From positions 59,626-123,625 of the forward strand of contig JAADVB010000024.1 of the NCBI GenBank assembly GCA_023334545.1: 64,000 nt of DNA, given 5' to 3'. Made by a program: the position numbers and the translations under genes. Below are positions 22,274 to 34,560 of this stretch, piece after piece (position 1 is the first letter of the stretch; the number at the start of each line of letters is the position of its first letter). Under the pieces are notes generated by a model that saw only the letters and a list, made by a program, of their open reading frames with translations, was not told where the DNA came from and searched no databases. Origin of the DNA: Salisapilia sapeloensis CBS 127946. Its lineage: Eukaryota; Protista; Oomycota.

Positions 22274-24557
22274 ATGGCATCTGCGGTTCCACTTGACTCG
22301 GACACAAAATCAACTGCGCCCATGCCGGCGACATCCACCCCAGTGAACACCTCCAGCAGCAACCGTCGGCTGACGAACGGATCGCTCGGACCCAAGTCCG
22401 TCGCAAGCAATATGATGGACGCTGAGCCTGCGGCCGACCGACAGAAGCGATATGCTTCATCCGGTCGCGAGCGAGGGTCGCAGCCGTCAACTCCGACGCA
22501 ACGGTATCGACGACCGACTGGACATTCGGATGTGCCAGCCTACTCGGAAGAAGGGCAGTCAAATCAAAACAATCATCATGGACGACCGAGTGGAGAGAGT
22601 ACGCTCAGTGGATCCACACCTCGTAGAGACCATCTCCAAGGCACAGCGATGACGGACACTGGATCGGAGCACTCGAAAAGTGCCGACAATTATAATGAAG
22701 ACATGCCCGGAGCAGCTCTACTCCAGCTTCGCCATCGCTCTGACGCGAGAAACAATGATGAATATGATCCAGCTGATGGGAATAACGAGCAGGAAAGTAT
22801 CGGTCGATCTTCGAGACCGTATTTGAATGAACGATTAAGTGGTAGAGATGCCCAAAACGACAATGGATACTATGACATGCATCGAGACCAGCGCAATGCA
22901 GGTCGAAGCTGGAACGGATTCAATTCTAGAAACAATGGCGATGGCAGACAGGATATGGAAGACCCAGATCAGTCACGCAATTCTTCAGACTCTCGAGATG
23001 GTGATTCTCCGTCACCAAGTGGTGCCGACGCCGTGGTCAACTTCCACGGACGAGATGTCTACGTCGATGACCTCGTGGGCTTACGTGTCGCCAAGTCGTT
23101 TGAACCTCATGGAAACTTTCTTGGACAAGTACATGCTCTCTTATAAATATTAGCGTGCAATATAATCATACATGTACTAGGTCGTCAAGTACGACGCCCC
23201 GAGTGCACGTTTCACCATCGTCTACGCCGACGGAGACATTGAAGAGTTGAATGTGCAGGATACTATCCAAGTCATTGTCCAAGACAACGTGGAACGTGCT
23301 GTACCGACGCGCTCCTTGCGTCCAAGCAACCCGCCGACTGCCACAGAGGCACCCATCTCAGAGCCAGCTCGAACGCCCGTACCAGCGACTAGTGACAATG
23401 ACGTCGGACAGCACTTTGCCATTAGTCTTCTTGAAAATAATGCTCTACCTGTGCTAATTCATAGTGGATGGCGCGTCCAACGCGACCCGAACACGTCTGA
23501 ACGTACCTTTATTCCTCCACATGGAGGTAGTCGTACCTATTCTTCTCCTTTGGCTGTTCTTGAGTACATCGCTGGTGATCGAGAGATGATGCACGCTTGC
23601 TTTCCACCGAATATGCATCAAGCCATTCAGAGCATGTTTAGTGCGCCGGAGGACAGTAAAAAGCGTCCTCAGACGTATCATGAAACTCCTCAGGCCAAAC
23701 GTCCACGCACGACGGCTCGACCTCGTGGACCTACCTCCCACGCTCGTGATCGTCCAAACCCGAATGAACGCTTAGAACGTGAACGAGCAAGAGCATCGAT
23801 GCTGAATATCTCGAATATGACCTCGCCTCACTCCACTCGATCGGTCCCTGCTTCTGCTTCTCGAGATAGGTATGCCGCACCCATGCCTAGTGCGTATCGA
23901 CAACATCCAAGCGTACCACCTCAGAGCTTTGCCGAGATACCACGAGGTGCGAGGTACAGCGAACGACCGGTGGACGCACCAGGCTACTTTGATCCGGAGA
24001 GAGAGGGAGGTCGAGGTGAACGATCTTTCCTACGACCGAATGGAAGGGAGAGCCTATCGTCTGGCCCGGCCGCTTATAGGTACAGAACGCCAGAGTACTC
24101 GTCTGCTGGTTATCGTGGCCGACAGCCTCGTCCACCTGCTGGTGACTCGGCATTGTTTTCTCGTCGCGACATGCCACCGTCGTATCGAGGAGAGTCTCCT
24201 GCCCATCGGTACGAGAGACCTCCTCGTGGACCCACGACACCTACGCTCATGCCATCAATGTCTGGAGGTTCCTTCTCGATGCGAGATGTCGATCGCAATT
24301 CGGTGTCATATGAGAACGGGAACTATCCACGAGGTGAGGACAGAGGAGCAGAGTGGGGAGTGAGAAGATCAGCACCAGTACCTACTGGGTACCCTAGTCG
24401 AGGCAGACCTGAGGGTGGGGCGACACCAATGTCCTATGGACAGCAGTACCCGAGGATGACCCCGGTGAGCGAGTCACGTCGATCGGATGGTCCACTTCGA
24501 GGACGAGCTAGTGTCGACGGGGAAGGCCCGACGGATCGTGGTGATAGAAGTGGATGA
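22274..24557 (+). CDS. Largely disordered protein with one PTM/DIR17-like Tudor domain
   Basis: Two ORFs joined by a GT-AG intron near 23130-23180 give LVGLRVAKSFEPHGNFLGQ-VVKYDAPSARFTIVYADGDIEEL. Flanks are R/P/S/G-rich. Confidence 0.7.
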
Positions 24558-24640
24558 TGCAGCGAGACTAGTGCTGGCACTTCTATGTGTGTTGAATTGA
24601 TTTTAGGGAGAAAGAAAAATGAAAACGCAATGCATTAACT

Positions 24641-25120
24641 TCATTTAGTTTGTGTCTGAATGTGGTAAAACTCGAGATTCCGAGCCTCTTCTTCCGCAAC
24701 ACCGCATGCTCGTATGCCTTCAAGATCCGAGATGAGATCGGAGAATGAAGTATATTGCCAAGAATGAAGAGAGCGGAGAAGTGAACGAAGACGTTGTGTA
24801 AAGAGTGACTCTGGAAACTTCTTCTTGTACGTTTGAAGCACTGCGGCAAGCTCCGATGTAAATCGGTAGTGGATTTTTGCTAGATGAGGATGAAAACTAC
24901 TTGAGTCCATAGTTTTCGTTTGATCCTTGGACAGCAAGTTAAAAGCAACGTTTAGCTGTTTAAGCCACAATGGCTGGGTAGTTGTTTCATTCAGAAAATC
25001 GACGGCATGATGACGCTTTTGAATTACTTTCGAGCGGTAATGTACCATACGAGCAAACTCCTGTACTTGATTTAAATCGGTTGTATCACTAGTCGAGTCC
25101 AGATTTATATCTGCCTTCAT
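24641..25120 (-). CDS. Hypothetical helical protein
   Basis: 159-aa ATG-started ORF with protein-like composition; no motif recognised. Confidence 0.45.
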   Translation of the reverse strand: MKADINLDSTSDTTDLNQVQEFARMVHYRSKVIQKRHHAVDFLNETTTQPLWLKQLNVAFNLLSKDQTKTMDSSSFHPHLAKIHYRFTSELAAVLQTYKKKFPESLFTQRLRSLLRSLHSWQYTSFSDLISDLEGIRACGVAEEEARNLEFYHIQTQTK

Positions 25121-25290
25121 CGTACGATCTTGATTGCCTTCAAAGGGATAGATATCTAACAGAGAATTGACGGTTGTTTGTTTAGCAGCTGAAACCGAAA
25201 GGCAAGGTTCTTCCTGCTTGCACAGTGTCTGCGATCTATTGCCATAAAGATGATTAGTACCGACATAAAATAGTTGAAGGGTAGCAGGAT

Positions 25291-26593
25291 TTACTCTGAC
25301 ATTAAAATCTTCTTTCGTACTGGTTGTTGCTTCACGGAATACCGTCGTGTCCCCTCTTTGATCGTGGCAAGCCTCACTTTGCTAGGCGATGAGCCATTGC
25401 TGGCATTGCCATAGACACAAGATGTTTTGACTCGTTTCAATTTATCCTTTACCAATGGTCCAGTAGTGCCATTTGGACGATGGAAAGTTGCGGCTTTAGG
25501 ACTCATCGGCGAGAGTTTCGACCCCTGCTCGACATTGACCGACGTCTTTAAAGCGTTTTGAAGTTGCTTTTGCTTTCTCCATCTTTTCCAACATCGTCCA
25601 AGGACTCTTCTGAGCTTGTCTTCGCTTAAAAAGAACTCGTCATACAATGTTGGAAACTCCACAACGAACAATTCGCGCAGCTTAATGTAGTATCGATCTT
25701 TCCAACGTGATGGCCAGCGCATCAAAATAGTTGCTTTATAAGCTATTTGCCAGGCAGTAAGCTGCTTTCGGAATGCATCATCCGTGAGCGGATCCGTGTA
25801 GCGTAGGGTGGAGACGAAGCATTGATACAGGTTTTTAAAGCTACCAGCCTCAGGAAATACATCTATTTCCTTCGCTTTCGCAAATGCATATGAACAGAGA
25901 ATGTAATCCTGCTGCTTAAATGCTCTAGAGCCAAACTGACGCAAGGTAGAACCGTTTAAGTCTGTCATCTTCTTACTCCAATATCGAGTAAAGCGATGTC
26001 TTGCTGACCTGTCGTAGACGAGGGCCTATGAAAGATGTGATTATGATATAAAGGATACGAATATGACGAAATGATTACCACGAGTAGGTATCCATCCTCT
26101 AGCATGTATGGCGACGGCATTGTCGAGTAAAGTTCCTGTCCGCATAATAAGTCAACAGCCATTTCCCTTCTCGCTACAGACGTACCAACGCCATTACTAC
26201 AGCTTGATCAAATAGCCCATTCACAAGAAGAATTTGCAGCGCAAGTAGTGATGCTTTTCTTGTTGATAGACTGTTTCCATATGTCTCGGTAACTTTAATC
26301 AATGCAGTCATTGCCTTACGATAGTTCCCACCAACGATGCAGTTCCTGTCAGCACATCGGCTTCATTGTATGTAAAGTATGACGTAGCAAGTCTTTTACC
26401 TTGCATATTTAATAGCAGACGTAGCGATGTTTTCCTTCTCCATGTCGCTGTCCACACTAGACACTTCGTGTGCATCTGAAGCAATATCATCCTCACCCAA
26501 GCTTTTATTCAATACATTTGCATCCTCCATCTCCTCTTCTTCTGAAGCGATCGAACTAGCTTCGTCACCAGATGCATTCAAGCTTTCAACCAT
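25291..26593 (-). CDS. Hypothetical multi-exon protein (acidic N-terminus, helical/TPR-like middle, basic C-terminus)
   Basis: ORFs 26396-26593 and 25291-25968 appear linkable through GT-AG introns (exon NYRKAMTALIKVTETYGNSLSTRKASLLALQILL). Exon structure is approximate. Confidence 0.5.
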
Positions 26594-26695
26594 TTATCTT
26601 GACGATAGTACGGATAGAAGACGATAAATGCCAGGTCAAGAATGTGAAAACGGATAGACAAAGAGGTATTTATAACTTGTATCTGCCAGTATGAT

Positions 26696-27467
26696 CTATT
26701 CTTCGCTTATGACTGGTATCCGCTTGAGCGTTAAGCACCAATTGGAACGACTATACTCTACAGACACAACTTCAAGACTAGGAACTTCCTGCACAAGTTC
26801 CTCCAACTCTCCTGATCTGTACACGTGACAGTATCTCTGGTACACGACCCACCGTTTATCAGCATCTCGATGGGCATGCTCGGCACCAGGCTCTGTTGTA
26901 GCGTACTTTTCCTGTAACTTCCACTCGACCATCACATCTTGCTCGTCGAATTTGCGCTTGGACTTTTCGTCTTGCTCAAATGCCCACGCGACAACGTAGA
27001 TGAAGCCTCCAACTCGTACAATCCTACCTAGCTCACTATAGATAGTCTTAGCTGTGTATTACTTAAAAATAAAATATCCTAGTGTACCGAAGTAAAGATA
27101 GACGCCTCGTTCTGGTGGAAATGTGGTGAAGGACAGCGATCGAGATAGCAGCGTCGAATGCACCTGTGCGAAACGGGAGCTGCAATGCATCACATGCTAG
27201 TAAATGGTAGTTCTTGCCTCTTCCTGAGCATTGCAATAGCGGTACACTCCGATCACTTCCCAGCATAAAGTGCTGTGGATGATGCCCGAGGTATTTGCCA
27301 TTGCCAGTTCCAACATCGGCCACCATGGAGCCTACTGGTAACCCATTTAAAAATTGCGTGACTTGTGGCCATGGATGGTGTCGGGAGTGTGCAAAATGCT
27401 CGGCGATCGAGTCATATACCTTGTGGACATGCTCTGACTCGAGCACAGGAGGTACCAATTCCATCAT
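26696..27467 (-). CDS. tRNA wobble-uridine carboxymethyl methyltransferase (Trm9/ALKBH8 MTase/KIAA1456-like), 2 exons
   Basis: ESEHVHKVYDSIAEHF...WPQV, SAM motif VADVGTGNGKY, ISIAVLHH; after the intron RELGRIVRVGGFIYVVAWAFEQ and YQRYCHVY...NWC. Confidence 0.9.
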
Positions 27468-28183
27468 GAACCAGTTAGCTATAGTACGCGGGCAACAACA
27501 TTCGTGTCACTCGGTAGACATTCAGGAAACATTTTAGTCGTTTATACTCGATAAGGTTTCCAGCCTGACTTGTGCCAGTAACTCGACTACTTTGTCGGAA
27601 GAAGCTGCATGCTGAATATGACTCTCCACTCTTTCATTAGGACAGATCATTTGTCCAACGGATGCATATTGTGCCTGTATTTGGTAACTTTACATATAAG
27701 TAGCCACGTGGAAACTTTGATCAGAAGATCATGCAGAATTTCGCACGCCTACAGATTGATGTACCGTCTTACGGTACGAATGCTCTATCCTGACATTTGT
27801 ACTTCTGAAACCTTCAGCGTAGTATCATATACCCTCCATGCTTCCCGCTTGACATCTCATTACGAATTTTAGTTTCCCATGACTCTCGAAAATGCGCCTT
27901 GATTTGAGTTTACCTCATAATAACCAAGTAACTAGTCCGCATTTTCACCAGATACGAGGTTCACAAGATGTTCAAACTCAAATAAAATTCACGTCATCAT
28001 TTCCTAGATCTTTTCACTTCAATGCACAGGTTCAGTCCAACCACCGGCACATCATCCTAATTTTTCGTGTCCCCGTCTCTACACTCTAATTCCATCCTAA
28101 TTCGCGTGAAATAAAGTGCTTCGAAAACACTTTACGAGCCCAGCTTCAACTTCAAGACTAAATTGTCCATTTCCAGTTTTCGG

Positions 28184-28630
28184 ATGAGAATGCACCAAGC
28201 AGAAGTACAAAAGCCTTCCCATCCGTGCTCGTATTCATGCTCGTTGCAAATTTCTGCCGCGCAACAAGCTTTTACCAAAGGCAACGCTTTGGTGGTAGAT
28301 GGTAGTGCTGTGTCACTGGAAGCGAAGAAGCTCAAGCAGCTCCTGAGCAGCGGCTCCAAGACTATCACTGCATCTGGAAAACCCAAGTTTGACTTTATAC
28401 GATTCAAAGTCTATATCCGTCCACCCGTAGCGATCCCAAAGGATATTGACGATCCGAAACTGTCCTGTAACTACGTATCTGGCCATCGCGTCCCGCTCAC
28501 GAAAGCCATGCACGACAAGAAGAAACGTCGAATGCTACGGAAGATGCCGTGTCCAGTTCTGGAGAACACGCAATATTGGAATCGGCATTCATTTGGTGAT
28601 CCGCGGAAAAAGCCATACCTCAAAGGCTAG
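28184..28630 (+). CDS. Hypothetical basic protein
   Basis: ORF with Lys/Arg-rich C-terminus (YWNRHSFGDPRKKPYLKG); start codon uncertain. Confidence 0.5.
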   Translation: MRMHQAEVQKPSHPCSYSCSLQISAAQQAFTKGNALVVDGSAVSLEAKKLKQLLSSGSKTITASGKPKFDFIRFKVYIRPPVAIPKDIDDPKLSCNYVSGHRVPLTKAMHDKKKRRMLRKMPCPVLENTQYWNRHSFGDPRKKPYLKG

Positions 28631-28697
28631 CTTAATGGCTACCAAAAGCTTGCATGTTTCAAAGTAAAAGTCATTGTTGCATACCACTTTCCTTTTT

Positions 28698-31600
28698 CTA
28701 CGTGCTTTGATTCAATTCTTCCGTCCCTTGTATCATCTTCTCCTGCTGTGGCACTGCCAGCTCCTTTAGATCGCTTTTTGAAATTCGAATGGTTGGGGCT
28801 GGAGCGTCCTTCGAGCTCTTGAGCTTCATCGACGAGCGCAAATACACTTTTGCCGCCGCCAGATCCTTCATCAGCGACTCATTCGCTTCTTCCAGTTGCT
28901 GCAACCTTTGAACCATGATCGTATTTGCGTCGTCTCCAACTTGATTTCCACTCTTTGCCAATAACTTTTGTAATTGATCCTGTGCTTGCTGTGCCTTGGC
29001 TTTATAGAACACAATGTGCTTTTCCATTTCCGCCATGTACGAATCCTTCTTTTGATTGCTGACAATTAGCTTTTGCATCTCGTCGATATTTGTCGAGCTT
29101 TTCTCCTTCTCTTTCCCACTTGCAACTAGCTTTTTATTCTGACTAGTTAACTCCTTCACTTCTTCCTTAAGATGCGCTGTCATGAGTGCATGATCGCGAT
29201 GTTCGAGCTCCAGTCGTCGATCAAACTCTTTCCGAGCAGCTTGCATCGCCATCTCCAATTGTTTCAACGTTGTATCCTTCTCAAAGACACTTTCTTCACT
29301 CTCTTCATACCGTTGTTCCCATTCTTTATTCTTCATACTCAACACCGCAACGTCCGCCAAGCATCTTTTTACCAAAGTCATTACACGTGAAGCGTCAGCA
29401 TTGTAGCATACCTTCCCACTAATCTCCTTAGACAACTCATCGATAGGAGATACGTTCTCTTCACTTTCTGGTAACTTTCCATCCGTGCTCGCAAGCTGAG
29501 ACTCCTGGAAATTGATATGGGACGTTAGATCCTGAATCAATTCTTCTAAATCATCTAGCTCCTGTTGCTTATCTGGATCTAAAAGCTCCTCCTTCTCTAC
29601 TTGCTGGCGAAGTTTCTGCATCTTCTTCTCCGCGCGAAGTTTTAGCTTCTTCAACCGCTCTGCTTCTCCAGAGGAACTCTCTTGATTGATCTTGTCATCT
29701 ATCTCTTGCAATGACGTTGCTACTTCCGAAATAGTCTTCTGTAACGTCAGTGACTGCCGCATCTTTTGCATCTCTAGTGCATTCACACGCTTGGCTGCCT
29801 CATCCAGACTTTGACAAATACCTTCCTTCTCCACGAGCACACTTTTTACTTGTTTCTGACAATTTTCATACTCTATCAAACGATCTACAGCGGCCTCGTA
29901 CATCTTCATGATATCCTCATCTTCATGTGGGCGACGCGGCGTCGAGACGAAACTCCTTTCCTTACTCGTTCGTTCAGCATCTTCCAACCGATGTTCTAGT
30001 TCCTTTCGTTCATGTTCCCACCGACGCGTATCCTGCTCTCGTGCACGAGATAGCTCGGTCTATCCACATCGAAAAAACAAGAACACATGAAGATGAGATA
30101 TAAACGCTGGAATGGACAACGAGTTGCGTCAAAGACGCTTCCGTGTCAAGTAAAGTGCGTACGTTTAGATGCTGAAGCTCTTCAATTTTTGCACGAAGCT
30201 TCACGTTCGCATCTTCGACCTTTTGTACCATCTCCGAGTGGTTATCTCGTACTGCCAATGCCTCGTGGCTATGATGGACATCGATGGCAAATGCTGAGTC
30301 TCCTTCGCTTCCAGTAAGCACATCATCGTCGTCATTCGGGCTAGTCAAAGGCCCCGGACTGGTAAACAAATGACGAGACGATGTCTTCGTCTTCTCTGCG
30401 GACGGTGTTGACATCTTGACTGGCGCCGTTGCTCCTCTCGCTGACGATATCTTGCTCCTTTCCATCGCCACAGACACTTTATTACCAATGCCAGAGGTAC
30501 TGGCAGAGGTGTTAATACCAACATTCGACCACAATTGCCCACCCTTCTCTAGCTCAGCAACGCGCTGCATAAGTTCTGATCGACTGGCTTCTGTTTTATC
30601 CACTTTCTCTTGCAATGACTTGATCTCTGCGTTCTTGAGTTGGAAAATCTCTTCATCATGCTCGAGATTCTTTCGAGCTTCCAACAATTCGTCCGATAAA
30701 CGTTTTACATTCAACGCGCTTGGGCATGCGTTCTCATCGTTCTCTGCCTCGCTATCGACTTCAATTGCATTGGCACATTGAATCGAAGCATTCACTCGCT
30801 TCACAATCTCGCTCAGTCGTTGCTGCACTGGTCTACCAAGTGTCATCACGTCTCTTTCAAGCGCCATCAAAGACATGACGACATCTACGGAATGACCTTT
30901 CATCAACTGAATCGCTTCGACACACCGATGGAGCTGTTGTTTCAGCTTTTCACCATCTTCCATTGTTTCCATTTGACTATTCATCTCATCCTTCTTAGGC
31001 GAACTACCCATCCGCAGCTGGTTTGACTTTTCTAGTTGCGAATGAAGATCGACGATCTCCTGACGCATACGTGACACTTCATCATCGATTGCTTGCTTGC
31101 TCTCGTCAATAGCATGCTGATTCACAATCGGTTGGTTATGTATATTCTTCGCTCGGTTGGCATACTTGAGTGTGTTCAAAGTTTCCTCAAAGTTAATTGA
31201 AGCAGGACTGACGCATGCTATCATCAACGTCTTTGCATTTCCTCCTAAACTATCCTGCAGCAGTCGTGTGAGCTTGGAATCGCGATATGGTACATGGACA
31301 GTTGCATGTCGTTTCTCGTCACCCAGAGCACTGATCACGTTGCCTAGAGCTAATAGTCCCTGATTGATGCTAACGCTCTCTTTAAAACGACCAGCGACAG
31401 CGCCAGTACGCTTAGCACGCTCGGAGCCAGCGAGATCGACGAGATGAAATTTGGATACGCGACAAAGGCCGGAACTGCGATCACGTTGCTTCAGGATGAT
31501 CGTGAAAATCGCATGCGAACGACTTGATTGCTCATTCATAAGTGTGCTGCCAGTCGTACGAGAGGATGTCCCGAGGGTCAATTGACGAATCACGTCTTGC

Positions 31601-32240
31601 TTTGTACGAGTGGACTCGGATTTGACTCCAGCGATGACAATCGTACCCGCAGCATTCTCTCGAATAGAAAGTTGCTTAGAAGATGTCTCTGGATGAAGCA
31701 AATCTCGAAGTTCTTCATTGTAAATCTCAACAAACTCCACTCGAAGATCATACTGACACTCTTGATGTCGTTTATTTGCCTCTTCAAATATTGCAGTCAC
31801 AACTCTCGGGATAATGCCTTGAAGCTCAACGTTCTCCGTTCCATTGATGTCATAGCCAGATCCATAAATCGTGTGCGTCTTACCAGTACCTGTTTGACCA
31901 TATGCAAGTACAGTTGCGTTATAGCCGTCGAGAAATCCTTGGACTAGAGGTATCACACAGGAATGATACACGTTCTACAAGCTACTACATCAGTACTTGA
32001 CTTTACACAGATAGCACTCACTTAGTATACATGTTGGGAGCTCGTGATACCAAAAACGGTGTCAAAGGTGAATCCTCGATCTTTACCGACAACTAATTGC
32101 TGCGGACCTTTCGTTTCATCTTCATGATGGCTAGATAAACCATCCACAGACGATGCTATACGTAAGCAGCACTTCGTCTGACCTCGTCGCTCTTGAGCAG
32201 TCAGAGGTCGAAGCCGCACACATACTTTCACGGTGTCCAT
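28698..32240 (-). CDS. N-terminal-motor kinesin, kinesin-4 family-like (KIF4/21/27 group), 3 exons
   Basis: VKVCVRLRP, FTFDTVF, P-loop YGQTGTGKT, switch motifs SSRSHAIF and LVDLAGSER, YRDSKLTRLLQDSLGG, long coiled coil. Introns near 31975-32030 and 30055-30160. Confidence 0.93.
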
Positions 32241-32375
32241 AACTGGACTTAATCAAAAGTAACAATTATCACTGTTCAATGCTAAGACACGAAGAAATAG
32301 GCATATGACCTCCGTCGTTTCAATCTTGTCAGCCCAGATTATTTTTATGGCGAATAGATATAATTAGTTTTTATT

Positions 32376-32871
32376 TAGGCCGTGTCCGTTGTGCAGATAA
32401 TCAAGGAACATGCAAACCATAATGAGTGTTGTGTGAACAAACACTCAAAAACTGTAATTGGACGCAATAAAGTTTTAGGCCGTTCGTCCTGCTCTTATAT
32501 CGTTATCGACCTTTCCATTGTTATCCACGTATATCTTCCACCCCTCGGTCAAGCTTTGGCGGGGAATAGCACGGTATATATCGTGATTAATCGCCAGAAG
32601 CTATTCGGGTTGAAGTTGCATTCGATTTACTTGCAACACTTAGCTCTTCGCCATTTCAGTCGGACTGCTTACAGTGCGCATCATAAATATCCCCCAATTA
32701 TTTAGTTCAATACGGTACTACTCTTGTTCCGAAATAATAGCGAAGAGCTCAACAGCGCAAGTAAAGCGAAGAGCTCACTGAGTCTTTCGCGGGCTTTTAC
32801 AAATTTGCACACTTCGAGCACCACGCGTGCCTTGAAGTCTTCTCTAGGATCGTTTCCTCCTAATCGCATCC
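32376..32871. repeat. Dispersed repeat, copy 1 (degenerate element or pseudogene fragment)
   Basis: Aligns by eye over ~500 bp with 63330-63912, from TAGGCC...GATAATC through CTTGAAGTCTTCTC...TAAT.GCATC. Confidence 0.9.
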
Positions 32872-34061
32872 AAGACGAAGACAGAGGTAGACTAGAGCAA
32901 GTAAGACCATTTTCGTTGCGAGGACAACAGAGGATTATGCGAGGCGAAATATAAAATATGGAATGAGTCCGTGCGAGCTGTGATCGGTATTGTGCCTCTT
33001 AAATCGACCTGATTAAAATCGGCGAAAGAGGCAAGTGATGTCGAAGGACATATTGATTTAGGCCTAATTATCTCCAGGAACGTCATCTGTATGTTGCAAC
33101 TTTTACACAGATCGTGCTACAGCGAGCATGACAATGGAAACCTCAATTTATAAAGAGGATGAAGCAAGAGAAGCAAGTTAGACCAAGAATATGAAGCTGT
33201 GTCTCCATTGATAGCAGAGGTCACTCGCTTTATAGCTCTCTCTTTCGACCCGAAAGTTACCTAGATTTGTAGTGAAAATTATAATGTCATGTAGCTGGCC
33301 CAAATAGGCAATTTTCAGTCAACGCAGAGTTTGCCGAATCGACTGTCATGAATAGAATGACAATGTGCGAATCTCCTATTCCTCTGAACACTGTTTCAGC
33401 GCTACCATGACCTAATTTACTCATTACTTTTCCTGTAAAGAACTACATGAAAATGTATTTTTGAACAGAAATGCTGTCTACACTGGGGTGCATGCAGAAA
33501 CTTCTTTGGCCGACGCCTTCGAGACCGATGCGTTATGTACTTTCAGGGCGATGGTCAAGCAACCTCAAGATAGCTCGATGTCGCATACGCGCTCAAGTCA
33601 GAATCCCAGATCGTCCTGGCTTTCGCATTCGATGAGTGCTAGAACGAGTATCTGCGAGGACGGAGGCATTGCTAGGATGGTCATCACTCACAAATTTATA
33701 GTTGAGTTTGAGTCCAATACAAAAATTGAGAATCTTTAACGCGTCTTCACGTTGCGTGGGCGATATAAACGACGCCATGTACGAGCTCCTAGCCATACAA
33801 CACGGCCTCCTCCAAGACGAAGCGGACAATGTGAGATTGATCTCGAGTCGTCAACAAGTAGATATCACATAATAACTATTGTATATTTCTCTGTGGGTGT
33901 TGAAAGCATAGTAGACGTACTCGCTTGCGCTTCAATCTACTCGCGAGCACCCAGATTCTATCCTCTGGCCTTTCACTTTCTAGCTTGAGGTGTGCTCCTA
34001 CAAACTTCGAGTGGAGATACTTGAAAGGACGGATGGGTTTTTCAGCAAGTTCTCATGAGGC

Positions 34062-34560
34062 AAGGAATGACATGTAGAGCCTCTGGACCATCCCATTATA
34101 TGCTTTGGAGTGCGCTCTATCTATCCATGTCAAAATTGGAATTTTGAAAGACAAAAGTTTGGCGGTCGACTCGAGCTCGCTACCTTTGGCTTTTTAATTG
34201 GATTCCAAAGAGTTTAATTAGATAAATTCTTTGTTAAAAAAGAGCTCGCTACCTTGGGTTTTGCTCTCGAGGATGTTGTGTTGGCGGCTTGACTGCTCCG
34301 AGGTATACAAAAAATTAGCCTTTTAAACCAATAGCGCTAACTGTAAGGAAAGTGTTGCGAATTCAGGGCTCACTAGCTTTTTGTTTGATCTCGAACAGTC
34401 GCGGATCGAGCGAACACTGGAGCAAGCGGACAACGAGGTAGCGATCGCGAGTCGACCACCAAAACTTTTGTTTTTCAAATGTCCAATTTTGACATGGATA
34501 GATAGAGCGCACTCCAAACCGTATAATGGGACGCTCCAGAGGCTCTACAAGTCGTTCCTT
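34062..34560. mobile_element. MITE/foldback-like non-autonomous element with ~125-bp terminal inverted repeats
   Basis: 34062-34185 and the reverse complement of 34436-34560 differ at about 13 of 125 positions, with a 37-nt perfect core TTTGGAGTGCGCTCTATCTATCCATGTCAAAATTGGA. No transposase ORF inside and no clear TSD. Confidence 0.85.

Noticed and set aside
27530-27990. Possible small multi-exon minus-strand gene ending ...KVVELLAQVRLETLSSIND*
   Set aside because: I could not assemble a consistent exon chain to a start codon.
32020-32035. In-frame TAA followed by GTGAGT at the end of kinesin exon 1, suggesting readthrough or recoding
   Set aside because: An earlier GT donor (CAT|GTATAC) restores the SQHNVY motor motif, so the stop is intronic.
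32374-33068. TA-GGCC...GGCC-TA as possible termini of repeat copy 1
   Set aside because: Only 4-6 bp of inverted match, non-identical 3-bp flanks, and copy 2 lacks the right-hand segment.
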